Positions 47,252 to 58,703 of a DNA stretch of 64,000 bases are shown one piece after another. The stretch is from contig JAFNEO010000040.1 of assembly GCA_017886205.1 (NCBI GenBank), forward strand, positions 57,346 through 121,345, given 5' to 3'. A program made the position numbers and the translations under genes. This DNA comes from Candidatus Aminicenantes bacterium. Its GTDB lineage: Bacteria; Acidobacteriota; Aminicenantia; Aminicenantales; UBA8522. Positions within the stretch are counted from its first letter, which is position 1; each line of letters opens with the position of its first letter. A model generated the notes under the pieces. That model was not told the origin of the DNA, searched no databases, and saw only the letters and a program-made list of their open reading frames with translations.

Positions 47252-47338
47252 GGTTAGCTTTCTCTTTCATGGATACGTTTTCCGATATGGGGGAGCTGGG
47301 TCAGCCATTCCCGGCTCCCCACTCTTAAGCGGAAGTAA

Positions 47339-48745
<1,407 letters not shown>

Positions 48746-48758
48746 TGCGAGGTAAAAA

Positions 48759-49127
48759 ATGAGAGACGTGACAGTTAAAATTGGGGGGAAGAAACGAACG
48801 CTGAAATACACTAAGGATGTTTATTATAAAGTTGGGGAGATACTGGGCAAATCATGGTTACAAGAAGAGAATTTGAGTGCTAAGGTTATTGGCGCCCTTC
48901 TATGGGCGGGCCTGCTCTGTGAGGACCCTAACCTTGATTTGGCTGAAGTGGAAAAAGCAATGGGGGAAATTAATCGAAAGAAATTAAGAAAATTACAGAA
49001 GGCGATTAAAAGAGCCTTGCTCAATTACAGTCAAAAACTGGATCAAGGCATAAAGAGGGTATCTGAAATCAGGGGTAAAGTTGATGAACTAGGGAAAACG
49101 CTTGATACCTTGAAGAAGGACATTTAA
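48759..49127 (+). CDS. Hypothetical protein, positionally a tail assembly chaperone
   Basis: It is a 122 aa ORF directly preceding the tape-measure gene. Confidence 0.3.
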   Translation: MRDVTVKIGGKKRTLKYTKDVYYKVGEILGKSWLQEENLSAKVIGALLWAGLLCEDPNLDLAEVEKAMGEINRKKLRKLQKAIKRALLNYSQKLDQGIKRVSEIRGKVDELGKTLDTLKKDI

Positions 49128-49137
49128 GGAGAAAAAC

Positions 49138-51633
49138 ATGAGCGGCAAGATTGGGGAACTTTACATAGTCTTCGGTGCGCATCTAGAAGGTTTCAACAAG
49201 GGCATATCCGATGCCCAAAAAGCAATGTCTGGGGTGGGGCAATCCGCTGAGGGTATTTCATCTAAACTCGGTGGGCTTTGGAAACAATTTGCAATCGGGC
49301 AAATAGCTGCTAATGCTATAACAAAGGGAATTGGATTCGTTAAAGATTCCCTGGTCGATTCCGTCAGGGCGGCAATGGAATCCGAGAATACGCAACGGGC
49401 ACTTGCCTCGGCACTTGAAACGACCGGAAGAAATGTCAATGCTATGCTCCCCGGATTGGTAAAGTTTGCCGGTGAGCTTCAAAAACAAACCATACGAACC
49501 GATGAGGCGGCGATGTCCGCACTTGCCCTCTTGGCCCAATTGACCGATCTTGATGAGGAAGGGTTGAGGGTTGCCACTCAAGGCGCCGCCGGAATGGCGA
49601 CGGTCTTCAAGATGGACCTGGAAACCGCGGCCCGAAATGTTGCCAAGGCGATGGAAGGCAACTATACCATGATGGGGCGTTATATCCCTCAGCTCAAGGA
49701 CTGCAAGACCGAAGAAGAAAAACACGCCCTTGTTATGAAGACGATGGCGGAATGGTACGGACGTGCCACGGATGAGACAGGTACTTTCAGTGGATCACTC
49801 AAGCAACTCGGCAATATGTGGGATGAGGTCAAGGAAGCCGTCGGCAGGGCGGTTACGGAAAATCAGGCAATCAAAGATTTGATTGCTAAGGTTAAAGATG
49901 GAATCGTCAACCTGATCGAATCCGGCAAAATTGCTGAATGGGCGACATGGGCGGGCAAAGTATTGCATGACCTAGTCGATACATTTGTAGCCGTTATTAA
50001 TGTTGTCGATAAAGCAAAGACTGGATTCCAAATGCTGACGGGTTCTATGCCTGGCGAAAAATTCCTAAGGATGAATAAGGACATCTGGGAGCAGATTCAG
50101 GCCGGAAAAAGGGCGGTTGATGATTTCGAGAAGTCGCTGAAAATATTAAAACCAACGGAAGAAGAATTAAGGAAAGAAATCGAGAAGGGGCCTGAATCCT
50201 GGGAAAAGTATAAAGCAGGAATCAAGGCGACCGATGACCAACTTGCTGCGAATAAGGATACTATTGTCGGATGGATGACAAAAGAACTTGAGGGCATCGG
50301 TCTTCTTGAAAAAGCAAAGGAAACTGCCGATAAGAAAGCCGAAACAATAAGAACATTATCAACCAGGATAGACACGGCAGCTTTATCTCAACGCGATCTC
50401 AATACGGCAATCCAGAACGGCATCTATTCCCAGGATTCGATTACCCGGGCATTGGAATATTATAGCGAGGAAATTGTGGACACGGCTATCCCTGCCTCGC
50501 GTGATTTGGCCGATACCATAAGTCAGGCGGCCGGTACGATTCCCGATATCTCCAAGGCGGCGGGGGAGGCGGCCAAGGATACAAAGACTTTTATGCAGGA
50601 AGTCTCGACGGTCGTTTCCGACGCCATGCGGAATGTCGGTCGGTCAATGGTGGAGGCTCTTGGACTTGCCGAGATGTTCAACTATAAGGCCAAAGAATTC
50701 AATGATGATTATTACCAGATCGTGCTTTCCGATATCGAAGTGGAGTATGAAAAGCGAAAAAAATCCATAATGAACAGCATTACCGACGCCGAACTGCGTG
50801 CTCAAGCCCTGGCCGAGCTTGACGCCTGGTATCAAAAGGAATGTGATCGAATTCGGATTGATGAAGACAAAGCCAGACAGGAACATGCCGACCGGGAAGA
50901 AAAGCGGCAGAATTCGCTTTGGACAAAAGTCAAGGGCATCTTCGGCACGGCCGTTGAGGAAATGCTGACGATATGGATGACCAAACTTATCACCCCACTT
51001 TTAACGTCCATCACCGAAACACTGTTTCCTTCCCTTAAAGAGCTAGGAGAAAAGGGCAAAGAGGCTGGAACAGCGGCAGGTACGGGACTCTCATCTGGCA
51101 TCGGTGCCGGGGTTACGGCCGCCCTGGGTGCGATCGGTATGATCACGGCGGCATTTACCGGATTTATGGCACTTATTAATTGGTTAGATTCGAAACTTCA
51201 CGGGATGCCCACAGCAGCGGAACAAAGGGCAGCAGAAGAGGCTTATAAAGAAGAGGTGGCAAAAGAATATCCGGGTATTGAATTCGTCGAAAATACTAAG
51301 AGGAAAAAATCGGGAACATTACCAGACGTTGATGAAGGTTATCAGCATGGGGGTATTGCCTGGACGCCACAGCTCGCCCGCGTCGCCGAGACTGAGCCAG
51401 AGATCATCATGCCGTATAGGCAGTATTTGGGGGAGCAGCGGGGGGCGATCGCCGGCGTCGGAGCAAGAACGGTGAACTATAACTCCGCATATACAATCCA
51501 AGTTTCTGCAATAGATTCCCAAGATGCTTACAGATTCATGTCAACAAAGGGCCGTGAGGCGCTGGAGAAAATCATCAAGGAGAATGTCCGCGGGATCACG
51601 AGGATTCTGAGCGAGGAGACGGGGAGGTATTGA
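49138..51633 (+). CDS. Phage tail tape measure protein
   Basis: The 831 aa product is largely alpha-helical and coiled-coil. It has a Gly-rich hydrophobic segment (GTGLSSGIGAGVTAALGAIGMITAAFTGFMALI) typical of tape measure proteins. Confidence 0.65.
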   Translation: MSGKIGELYIVFGAHLEGFNKGISDAQKAMSGVGQSAEGISSKLGGLWKQFAIGQIAANAITKGIGFVKDSLVDSVRAAMESENTQRALASALETTGRNVNAMLPGLVKFAGELQKQTIRTDEAAMSALALLAQLTDLDEEGLRVATQGAAGMATVFKMDLETAARNVAKAMEGNYTMMGRYIPQLKDCKTEEEKHALVMKTMAEWYGRATDETGTFSGSLKQLGNMWDEVKEAVGRAVTENQAIKDLIAKVKDGIVNLIESGKIAEWATWAGKVLHDLVDTFVAVINVVDKAKTGFQMLTGSMPGEKFLRMNKDIWEQIQAGKRAVDDFEKSLKILKPTEEELRKEIEKGPESWEKYKAGIKATDDQLAANKDTIVGWMTKELEGIGLLEKAKETADKKAETIRTLSTRIDTAALSQRDLNTAIQNGIYSQDSITRALEYYSEEIVDTAIPASRDLADTISQAAGTIPDISKAAGEAAKDTKTFMQEVSTVVSDAMRNVGRSMVEALGLAEMFNYKAKEFNDDYYQIVLSDIEVEYEKRKKSIMNSITDAELRAQALAELDAWYQKECDRIRIDEDKARQEHADREEKRQNSLWTKVKGIFGTAVEEMLTIWMTKLITPLLTSITETLFPSLKELGEKGKEAGTAAGTGLSSGIGAGVTAALGAIGMITAAFTGFMALINWLDSKLHGMPTAAEQRAAEEAYKEEVAKEYPGIEFVENTKRKKSGTLPDVDEGYQHGGIAWTPQLARVAETEPEIIMPYRQYLGEQRGAIAGVGARTVNYNSAYTIQVSAIDSQDAYRFMSTKGREALEKIIKENVRGITRILSEETGRY

Positions 51634-51865
51634 CGATGGGGGCTACTTTATGAGCTTCGATTCAAGAAAGTGGTCGATATCGGACTTTCGGAAGAGGACC
51701 TTCCGCTCCAGCTTGATATACGGGAAGGCATGAGCCTTCATGAGACGAAAAAGGGTCTGATGTGAAATCTTGAGATATTCCATGACCGCCTTTTTTGTCA
51801 TGAGGACATCGGTTTCCATGCCGGGGAGATACTATCATCCCGAGAAAAATAAATCAAAAAACCCC

Positions 51866-51894
51866 TTGACAGGGTTTTTATTATGTTCTATTAA
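51866..51894 (+). promoter_or_regulatory. Candidate promoter TTGACA-17-TATTAA, with the downstream direct repeat TGATATTA x2
   Basis: It is a perfect -35 with an AT-rich -10, about 40 nt upstream of the 51933 gene. Confidence 0.35.
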
Positions 51895-51932
51895 ATGATA
51901 TTAGATGATATTAAAATAAGGGAATAGAGACC

Positions 51933-52115
51933 ATGAAAGCATACCTGACCGTTGAAAAAATCATGGGGATCCTCCAGATTTCCCGGACTACGGCTTACGG
52001 CCTCATCAGCTCTCGCCGTTTGAAGAGCTACAAGGTGGGTCGGCTGGTTCGAATCCGCGAGATTGACCTCAAGCATTTCATTGAGGGGAAACCCTCAAGG
52101 AAAAATAAAAAATAG
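51933..52115 (+). CDS. Excisionase/HTH_17-family DNA-binding protein
   Basis: The motif LQISRTTAYGLISSRRLKSYKVGRLVRIREIDL is a typical Xis-like winged HTH. Confidence 0.55.
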   Translation: MKAYLTVEKIMGILQISRTTAYGLISSRRLKSYKVGRLVRIREIDLKHFIEGKPSRKNKK

Positions 52116-52128
52116 AGAGGAGGAGATT

Positions 52129-52305
52129 ATGGTTGGAGACATTTTTCTAAACTTTACCCGCGACAAAATCCTAAACGTCAACGTCAAGGACGCGGATGCG
52201 CAAGAAGGCGTTGAGGTTGGGATTGAAAACGGGAATGTCGAGCTGCAGGTTAGGTTTTCCAAGAAACAGATCGCGGTTCTTCGGGCGGCTTTGGAAAAAT
52301 ACTAA
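52129..52305 (+). CDS. Hypothetical small protein
   Basis: The RBS gagaggaggag precedes the ATG. Confidence 0.3.
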   Translation: MVGDIFLNFTRDKILNVNVKDADAQEGVEVGIENGNVELQVRFSKKQIAVLRAALEKY

Positions 52306-52343
52306 TCACGGCGGCGGAAAACAAAATCAAAAAGGAGGAGACG

Positions 52344-52733
52344 ATGAAACCGAATGATGGGAAAGGCGGAATTCCCAACCGGGATTCCAAGGGTCGTTTC
52401 TTTCCGGCCGGCCAGATGGATCCACAACAAACAGTGACGCACCGATGGATGGAGGAGGAGGAGAAGCTAGCCAAGATTTATGTCCAGGTCTGCGAACAGA
52501 TCGGACAGGCAAAACTCATTAAGTTTCTGGACATCAAACAGTATCGAGTCGGATCCAGGACGGGCATTTTTTTCTCCGGCTTTTTGACCGGCATTGGTTT
52601 TGCAATCGGGAAGGGAAGAAAGAAAAATAAAAGAGTCCCCGTCTTGACACTTTTGAAAGAGACTATAGGCGTCGAAAAAAATATTCTTCGATTTGAACAT
52701 AAGTGGCACGAGCTCGTTAAACAGGGAAGGTGA
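52344..52733 (+). CDS. Hypothetical protein
   Basis: It is an intact ORF with the RBS aaaggaggag. Confidence 0.35.
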   Translation: MKPNDGKGGIPNRDSKGRFFPAGQMDPQQTVTHRWMEEEEKLAKIYVQVCEQIGQAKLIKFLDIKQYRVGSRTGIFFSGFLTGIGFAIGKGRKKNKRVPVLTLLKETIGVEKNILRFEHKWHELVKQGR

Positions 52734-52807
52734 AGCCTGATCTTCTCGCGGAGGCCGGGGCTTCGGTCCCGCCCGAGTCGAGGAACTCAAAGAGCAAGGA
52801 ACAAAGA

Positions 52808-53161
52808 ATGCCCATATTCAAGAGTCCGCGGCGCATCCCAATTGGTGTCTCGTGGTCCGAGGTCTGGGAAATGCAAGAGGAGATGTTTAGACGGAGACCT
52901 TTCCGCCCGGCTGGGCGGCCTGGGCCTGAGCCCGATGCGAGAGATGCGGGAGCGGCTTTTCTGGCAAAGCTCCTCGAGGATCGAGCCGAAGTTCTAGCCG
53001 TGGAGGGACTTGATCTGGCTCGGCTAGAAGGCATCAGCGAGAGAACGCTTCGGCGGGAAAAAAGCGCGCTCGGCATTAAGAGCCGGATGCGGAAGGTGAA
53101 GGACGGGGAGTGGCGATGGACCTGGGTGAAGCCATTAGAAGAGAAGCGGGGCAAAGCATGA
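52808..53161 (+). CDS. Hypothetical protein with a possible HTH
   Basis: Both the start and the function are uncertain. Confidence 0.25.
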   Translation: MPIFKSPRRIPIGVSWSEVWEMQEEMFRRRPFRPAGRPGPEPDARDAGAAFLAKLLEDRAEVLAVEGLDLARLEGISERTLRREKSALGIKSRMRKVKDGEWRWTWVKPLEEKRGKA

Positions 53162-53640
53162 TGAAAGGAAAAGAGTTCGGCCCGAAGAAAACCAAGCGTG
53201 ATTATGATAAGTGGGAAAGGTCGCCCGAGGGAATCCGCTATAACATGACGACTATGGGCGATGTCACAACCGAAGATGAAGCGAATAACTGTCTTATTGT
53301 GCAAGTCCTCCAGCGACTTCCAAAAAGAATCAGAGAAAAGGTTTTAGAAAAAGTGATATTTGTGCATACTGTCGCCGACGGAACCGTGCATCCATTTCTT
53401 CATGGAGAGGGGGGTGGTGGGGCGTATATTATCTTTAACTTTCGAGGAATCAAAAGCGAGAAGCGCAAGCTGTGTACGATCGCACACGAGATCGGGCATT
53501 TTATTTCGGCCTCCAAGAACCCGACCAAATCGGTTCCCGCAGATGAGAACGAACGTCGCGCGGATGATCTCTCTGAAAAGTGGGGATTCGGCAGAGCTTA
53601 TAAAACTTACAAACGGTTCAAAGGAGCCTTTTCATTATGA
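53158..53640 (+). CDS. Putative HExxH zinc metallopeptidase (ImmA/IrrE-like?)
   Basis: The motif IAHEIGHF is present. It lies near the integrase and regulatory genes. Confidence 0.35.
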   Translation: MMKGKEFGPKKTKRDYDKWERSPEGIRYNMTTMGDVTTEDEANNCLIVQVLQRLPKRIREKVLEKVIFVHTVADGTVHPFLHGEGGGGAYIIFNFRGIKSEKRKLCTIAHEIGHFISASKNPTKSVPADENERRADDLSEKWGFGRAYKTYKRFKGAFSL

Positions 53641-53721
53641 AACAAGAAAAAAATCTCGTCTTCATCCGGGCCAAGGACGGCAAGTCGGATTTGTCGCTTA
53701 TCCTTTAATGAGAGGTGAGGC

Positions 53722-54846
53722 ATGAAATTCACCGAGATCAAAGACGACAAGGGCCGAAGGTGGCAGATTGATTTCAACTGTCGCGGCCACAGGATCAACC
53801 GGATCGTTTATGGAGACCGGCGCCATGCTGAGGATGAGGCGATCCGAATCAAAGCCGATATTCTGGCCGGCAGATTCATCCCGGTCAAGGAAAAGGGGAG
53901 ACATCAGGAGGACGGCTCATTCTCGGCTCACGCGGACGAGTTTCTCAAGAGCTACTCAAAGCAGAGAAAAAAGAGTTGGACCCGAGATGAAATCTCAATC
54001 GAGAATCTCAAAGACTTCTTCGCCGGAATGAACCTGGCCGATGTCACGAGCCGCGATGTCGAAAGGTATATGGCCAAGAGGAGCGCGGACCAGGACAAGC
54101 GAGTGAAGGAACCGGGGGAGGAGACGCCGACGATCTCCCATTCCACGATCAACCGGGAGCTCGCCTGTCTCAAGACGATGCTCGAGAAGGCCGTTGAGTG
54201 GGGCAAGCTCAAAGAGAATCCGGCCAGGAAGGTCAAGAAATTCCGTGAGGAGAAGCAGGGCGAGCGAATCCTGACGGCCGATGAAAAAGAAAAGTTGATC
54301 GCAGCCGCAAGCGCCGAGCTCCGGCCCATTCTCACGATCGCGCTCAACACGGGCATGCGGAAGGGCGAGATTCTCAACCTGCGCTGGTCTGACGTAGACC
54401 TCGTGAAAGGCTATATCCTGATCAGCCGGACGAAGAGCGGGGAGCCGCGGAAGGTCCCGATGAATCATCACGTGCTCGGCGTCCTGGGCGGCATGGAACA
54501 GCGGGGGGAATACGTTTTCGAGGGCGAAAAGTCCGGCGCTCCTGTCACCGATGTGAAGACGAGCTTCCGCGGGGCTTGCAAAAGGGCGAAGATCAAGGGG
54601 CTTCGTTTCCATGACCTGAGACACACCGCGGCCACGATGATGGTGGAAGGCGGCATCGACCTCGTAACGGTCTCTCGGATCCTGGGACACTCTTCGATTC
54701 AGATGACCATGAGATACGCTCACCCGACACCGGAGAATATGCGGCTAGCGGTTCAAAAGCTCGGAGAATTCTTTGATAGAGGTGGAGCCAAAGTGGAGCC
54801 ACGCAAGATCAGGCCATCTGCAACTGCTTTGAAATCATACAATTAG
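53722..54846 (+). CDS. int: Tyrosine-type site-specific integrase (phage integrase family)
   Basis: It has an N-terminal SAM-like/AP2-like domain. The catalytic residues lie in GMRKGEILNLRW and HDLRHTAATMMVEGGIDLVTVSRILGHSSIQMTMRYAHP (R...HxxR...Y). The gene ends 14 bp before the tRNA 3' fragment. Confidence 0.9.
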   Translation: MKFTEIKDDKGRRWQIDFNCRGHRINRIVYGDRRHAEDEAIRIKADILAGRFIPVKEKGRHQEDGSFSAHADEFLKSYSKQRKKSWTRDEISIENLKDFFAGMNLADVTSRDVERYMAKRSADQDKRVKEPGEETPTISHSTINRELACLKTMLEKAVEWGKLKENPARKVKKFREEKQGERILTADEKEKLIAAASAELRPILTIALNTGMRKGEILNLRWSDVDLVKGYILISRTKSGEPRKVPMNHHVLGVLGGMEQRGEYVFEGEKSGAPVTDVKTSFRGACKRAKIKGLRFHDLRHTAATMMVEGGIDLVTVSRILGHSSIQMTMRYAHPTPENMRLAVQKLGEFFDRGGAKVEPRKIRPSATALKSYN

Positions 54847-54860
54847 ACCGCAGAACAAAC

Positions 54861-54905
54861 GGACTTCGAATCCAAAGGTCGGGGGTTCAAATCCCTCCGG
54901 GCGCG
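54861..54905 (+). repeat. 3' copy of tRNA-Arg(TCG) (nt 29-73), followed by an encoded CCA. This is an attR-type remnant.
   Basis: ggacttcgaatccaaaggtcgggggttcaaatccctccgggcgcg is identical to the intact tRNA from the anticodon stem onward. The CCA that follows is absent from the intact gene. Confidence 0.8.
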
Positions 54906-55030
54906 CCACCATTTTTCTTGTATTTTCAGCCACTTAAATCTTTTCTTATTTTTAGCCTGAGTCACCTAAGCTGAGCCAGTTTTAGCGTCTTTGTCCACAC
55001 TGTGTCCACACGGATTTGAGTAAAGGTCTA
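54906..55030 (+). repeat. Conserved ~125 bp segment following the tRNA 3' fragment (copy 1)
   Basis: It is about 85-90% identical to 56128-56250 (...ttcttgtattttcagccacttaaatcttttc.tatttttagcctgag...gtccacac.gtgtccacacgga...). Confidence 0.7.
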
Positions 55031-55158
55031 ATCTAACGATGGAACGAGGCAGAATTGCCGCACGAACGCCCCTTCAGCCATCACAGCTGCAAAAGCAAAG
55101 TCCTATCGAATTTTGAAATTTCGGACATGTCAGCGTATTTGCCAGGAGCCACTCCCGT

Positions 55159-56016
55159 CTAAAAAAGGACCTTATCCTCGCCGTTCTGCTTGATCATCTG
55201 AGCGATTTCATCCAAAATCAATTTCTTGCGGGCAATAATGGATTCGATTTCCTTGTCGGTCAGATAAGGCCCGACGGCCTGTTTGATGTTGGCGATATCC
55301 AGGGCCTTGATTTTGTCAAGGAGAACCCGGGGAACTCGACGGAAGAGAAAAGGCTTGCCGTCTGCCCGATTCTTTTTTATTCCGTTGATGCCGAGGACGA
55401 GTCTTTCGGTATATTCTTTGTTCGAGCGGAAAGCGCGGGAATGGTCGATAAGAATCGTCCGCCAGTCCTCGGTATACAATGTATTCTGCTGGGTGGGGTC
55501 ATCGTTAGCGATCAAACAGTCCCAGAGCCGGGTGATGTATTTCATGTCGTCGTACTGTTTCTGGGCCGATTCCGGAATTTTGATACCCTGATCCATAATT
55601 TCCAGAGCGCTGTATTGACTATCGGCCCATAGGGAAATGGCGCCCTTTTTTCCTCGAAATTCCCTTTCGACAGCAGGAGGAACCATATTCAGGCCGATGA
55701 GCTTGTCCATGCGGTAAGCGGCGATTTCATACTTCCAGTTGTCCATAGCGCCGCCGCCCAAGTCCCGGTTGATATTTTTCCAGGCCGCTTTCTTCTCGAT
55801 GCCCTCCTTTTTCAGATAAAGTTTCCAGGGCTTGGTCACGCCTTCGGGAATGGTTTCATATTTGGCGATCTCGGCCGTTTTTAAGAATTCCTCCCATTGC
55901 TCCCGCTGGGCGATCTCTCGGGGCGTGAACTGGCCGCGGACCAAAAAGCCCGCTGAGAAGGAACAGAGAAAAAGATTAATAATCAATAACCTTTTTTTCA
56001 TGTCCTGACCTCGCAA
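55159..56016 (-). CDS. Hypothetical secreted or lipoprotein (285 aa)
   Basis: The N-terminus is signal-like (MKKRLLIINLFLCSFSAGFL). It is the only gene lying between the two 3' tRNA-fragment repeats. Confidence 0.4.
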   Translation of the reverse strand: MRGQDMKKRLLIINLFLCSFSAGFLVRGQFTPREIAQREQWEEFLKTAEIAKYETIPEGVTKPWKLYLKKEGIEKKAAWKNINRDLGGGAMDNWKYEIAAYRMDKLIGLNMVPPAVEREFRGKKGAISLWADSQYSALEIMDQGIKIPESAQKQYDDMKYITRLWDCLIANDDPTQQNTLYTEDWRTILIDHSRAFRSNKEYTERLVLGINGIKKNRADGKPFLFRRVPRVLLDKIKALDIANIKQAVGPYLTDKEIESIIARKKLILDEIAQMIKQNGEDKVLF

Positions 56017-56096
56017 TTTACCTCTTCCCCTTCCTCAATCTACGAATAGTTTAGTGCCAAATATTTCAAAAATCAAATAGAAAATCTGATTCCTGC

Positions 56097-56250
56097 AAGG
56101 TCGGGGGTTCAAATCCCTCCGGGCGCGCTTCCTATTTCTTGTATTTTCAGCCACTTAAATCTTTTCCTATTTTTAGCCTGAGCCATTCAAACTGAGCCAT
56201 TTTTAGCGATTTTGTCCACACAGTGTCCACACGGAATTGAAGAGGCCTAA
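56097..56250 (+). repeat. Second 3' remnant of tRNA-Arg (nt 42-73) plus a second copy of the conserved ~125 bp segment
   Basis: aaggtcgggggttcaaatccctccgggcgcg is followed by a close match to 54906-55030. Confidence 0.75.
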
Positions 56251-56266
56251 CAGAAATAGATAGGAA

Positions 56267-56315
56267 CGCCGGCCTGTCACGCCGGAGGTCGCGAGTTCGA
56301 GTCTCGTCTGCCCCG
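56267..56315 (+). pseudogene. 3' fragment of tRNA-Asp(GTC). It spans the anticodon stem-loop through the acceptor 3' strand, with no 5' half.
   Basis: ccggcCTGTCACgccggaggtcGCGAGTTCGAGTCTCGTctgccccg closely matches bacterial tRNA-Asp 3' halves. No complementary 5' acceptor strand lies upstream. Confidence 0.55.
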
Positions 56316-56436
56316 CTTCGACCCTATTGGCTTCTCCTTCCTCGAAAAACCAATTGACATAGCCAATAATACACAATAAAATTCTATCGTAACGAGAAAG
56401 AGAAGAAAACAAAATCCTATTTATTGGAGGGTGGTT

Positions 56437-56982
56437 ATGAGCATAACAGAGATAGCCGCAATCATCGCTTTGGTCGTGATTGTGGTTGCGGGCATCGCGA
56501 CGTTGCTCTTTCTTCGAAAGCGCCGGACCGAAAGACTGCGCAGCAAGTTCGGTAGCGCTGAATACGCCCACGCCGTGAAGGAGGGCGGTAGCCGGAGGCA
56601 TGCGGAAGCCGGGCTCGAAAAGCGCACGGAACGAGTCGAAAGTTTCCACGTCCGGCCGCTCGTGCCCGGCGATCGTGCGCGCTTCGAAGACTCCTGGCGC
56701 AGAATCCAGGGGCGGTTTGTGGACGGCCCCGCCATTGCGGTAGCGGAAGCCGACCAACTACTGGGTGATGTGATGTCCACGCGTGGCTATCCGGTAAGTG
56801 ACTTCGAACAGCGTGCGGCTGATATCTCCGTGGACCATCCGCTGGTTATGGAGAATTATCGAACAGCCCACGAAATCGCGCTTCGCCAAACGAAGGGGAA
56901 GGGGCCGGCCAGCACAGAAGACTTGCGCCAGGCAATGATCCATTACCGGACCCTTTTTGAGGAGCTGGTCAGCAAGCCGTAA
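56437..56982 (+). CDS. Hypothetical membrane-anchored protein
   Basis: The RBS ggaggg is present. The N-terminal TM helix is ITEIAAIIALVVIVVAGIATLLF. Confidence 0.4.
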   Translation: MSITEIAAIIALVVIVVAGIATLLFLRKRRTERLRSKFGSAEYAHAVKEGGSRRHAEAGLEKRTERVESFHVRPLVPGDRARFEDSWRRIQGRFVDGPAIAVAEADQLLGDVMSTRGYPVSDFEQRAADISVDHPLVMENYRTAHEIALRQTKGKGPASTEDLRQAMIHYRTLFEELVSKP

Positions 56983-57344
56983 CGCCCCACATGAAGGTTG
57001 CGTCATGAAATCGGCTGGTGAAGAAGCTTAACGCATCTTGGAGTGTTGAGAGCGCCGGCGAGGCCCGCCTATGCGAGGCAGGGGACGAGGAGCCGCAAGG
57101 TCTTCCTATTGAGCCATCACCAGCGTGGGTTTTGCGCCCAATTTGCGCCCTCGAGCCAGAAAAGACCCCCCTCCGGGCGCGCTTGTGTTTTCCCTCTTAT
57201 CATAAAGCCTCTCCCTTATTTCACGGCTGGACTGAGTATTGACTATTCAGCCGCATTCAGATATATAAGTCTCGACCTGGTTTTCGCGCATGTGGATAAT
57301 TCTATTTTTGCGTACATTTTCGACTAAACTAAAGGGATAGTACC

Positions 57345-58673
57345 ATGGCTAAAATCATGCTTCTGGATTTCGAGGAAAGCGATTATCGACGGCTCCTGGA
57401 CAAAAAGTTCGATGTGGAGCTCAGGGAGACGAACTGGAGGTCGGGCCGGGTTGAGAGCCTCCTGCCTCCTCAAGACTGCCGGGTCGTCCTCTATCAGGCC
57501 AACCTGAACAACTACGGGACGGGACTCCATGCCGGGGACGCGGCCCATTTTGAAAAAATCGTCGCCGACGGGGGAACCGTCGTCTGTTTTATCGGAAATT
57601 GTCAGGAGTACCATCTCACCAACGTAATCGGCGAAATCCCCCATCTCAAGTTCGAGGTGAACAGACTTCCGGACAAGATCTACGAGATCAAGGACCCCCC
57701 TTATGACGCCGTCTTCAGCCAGTTTCGACCTTTCATCTCCCATGCCTATGAACTCTTTCCCACCTCCAATAACCTCGGCAAGACCATCAACCTCCGGGAG
57801 TGGGATCCGCCGGCCGAGCTGGAACTCCAAGTCCTGGCTGAAAGCTTCAGGAACTATCCGATCTCCGTGTTGCTGCGTAAGGGACAAGGATTCTACCTCC
57901 TGCTCCCCTGGTTCGGAGAAAAGAATATCGAGGTGGCCGAACTGGTCCTGCCTCAGGTCATGCCGGCCGCAGCGCCCCAGCCGCCAGCCGAGGAAGCGGT
58001 GAGTTGGCTGGACTCTTATGATTATATCTTCCCGGGACTTCTGGATGTCTATAAGGAGATGGAGCAGGAGAACGAAAAGCACCGCCAGACGATGGTCCGG
58101 CTGGAAGAGCGGATCGAAGAGCTCAAATCGAGCGAGCAAGGACAGTTCAACAAGCTGTTAACAGCCGAGGGCAAGGAGCTGCAGGAGGCCGTAGTCAAGG
58201 CGCTCAAGTACCTCAACTGGCTGAACGTCGTCGATGTCAACGATTACTGGAAGCGGGTCATCCGGGTCAAGGAAGAGGACATCTGGCTCCTGGACGAGGA
58301 TGAGAAGTCGATCGAGCAGCTCATCCAGGACGCCCCGGTCACGATGGTCACGGTGAAAGTCGGGAAGGAGGGCGCAGCGGACGAGGACTGCCTCAACCTG
58401 CAGAGGTACAAGGGGAGACGCATGCAGGAGTTCAACAACACCAAGCTGAAGGCCGTCCTCGTCGGCAACTACTTCAGCCAGATCGAGGCCAAGCTCCGAG
58501 AGGTGCCTTTCAGCGAGAGCCAGATCAACGAAGCCGCCAAAGACGGGAACGGGCTGCTGACGACCTATGACCTGTTCAAGGCCATCAAGGCCGAGAAGGA
58601 AAAAAAGACAACCAAAGAGGCCATCCGAGAGCAATTTAACACCAAGGTCGGCCTTATCACCTTTGAGTATTGA
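57345..58673 (+). CDS. Hypothetical protein (442 aa) with a central coiled-coil
   Basis: It is an intact ORF. No recognisable family was found. The 30 bp gap before the AlkD-like gene suggests an operon. Confidence 0.45.
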   Translation: MAKIMLLDFEESDYRRLLDKKFDVELRETNWRSGRVESLLPPQDCRVVLYQANLNNYGTGLHAGDAAHFEKIVADGGTVVCFIGNCQEYHLTNVIGEIPHLKFEVNRLPDKIYEIKDPPYDAVFSQFRPFISHAYELFPTSNNLGKTINLREWDPPAELELQVLAESFRNYPISVLLRKGQGFYLLLPWFGEKNIEVAELVLPQVMPAAAPQPPAEEAVSWLDSYDYIFPGLLDVYKEMEQENEKHRQTMVRLEERIEELKSSEQGQFNKLLTAEGKELQEAVVKALKYLNWLNVVDVNDYWKRVIRVKEEDIWLLDEDEKSIEQLIQDAPVTMVTVKVGKEGAADEDCLNLQRYKGRRMQEFNNTKLKAVLVGNYFSQIEAKLREVPFSESQINEAAKDGNGLLTTYDLFKAIKAEKEKKTTKEAIREQFNTKVGLITFEY

Positions 58674-58703
58674 GTCGACGGCCGAGTCGTCTTCTTCAGC
58701 ATC

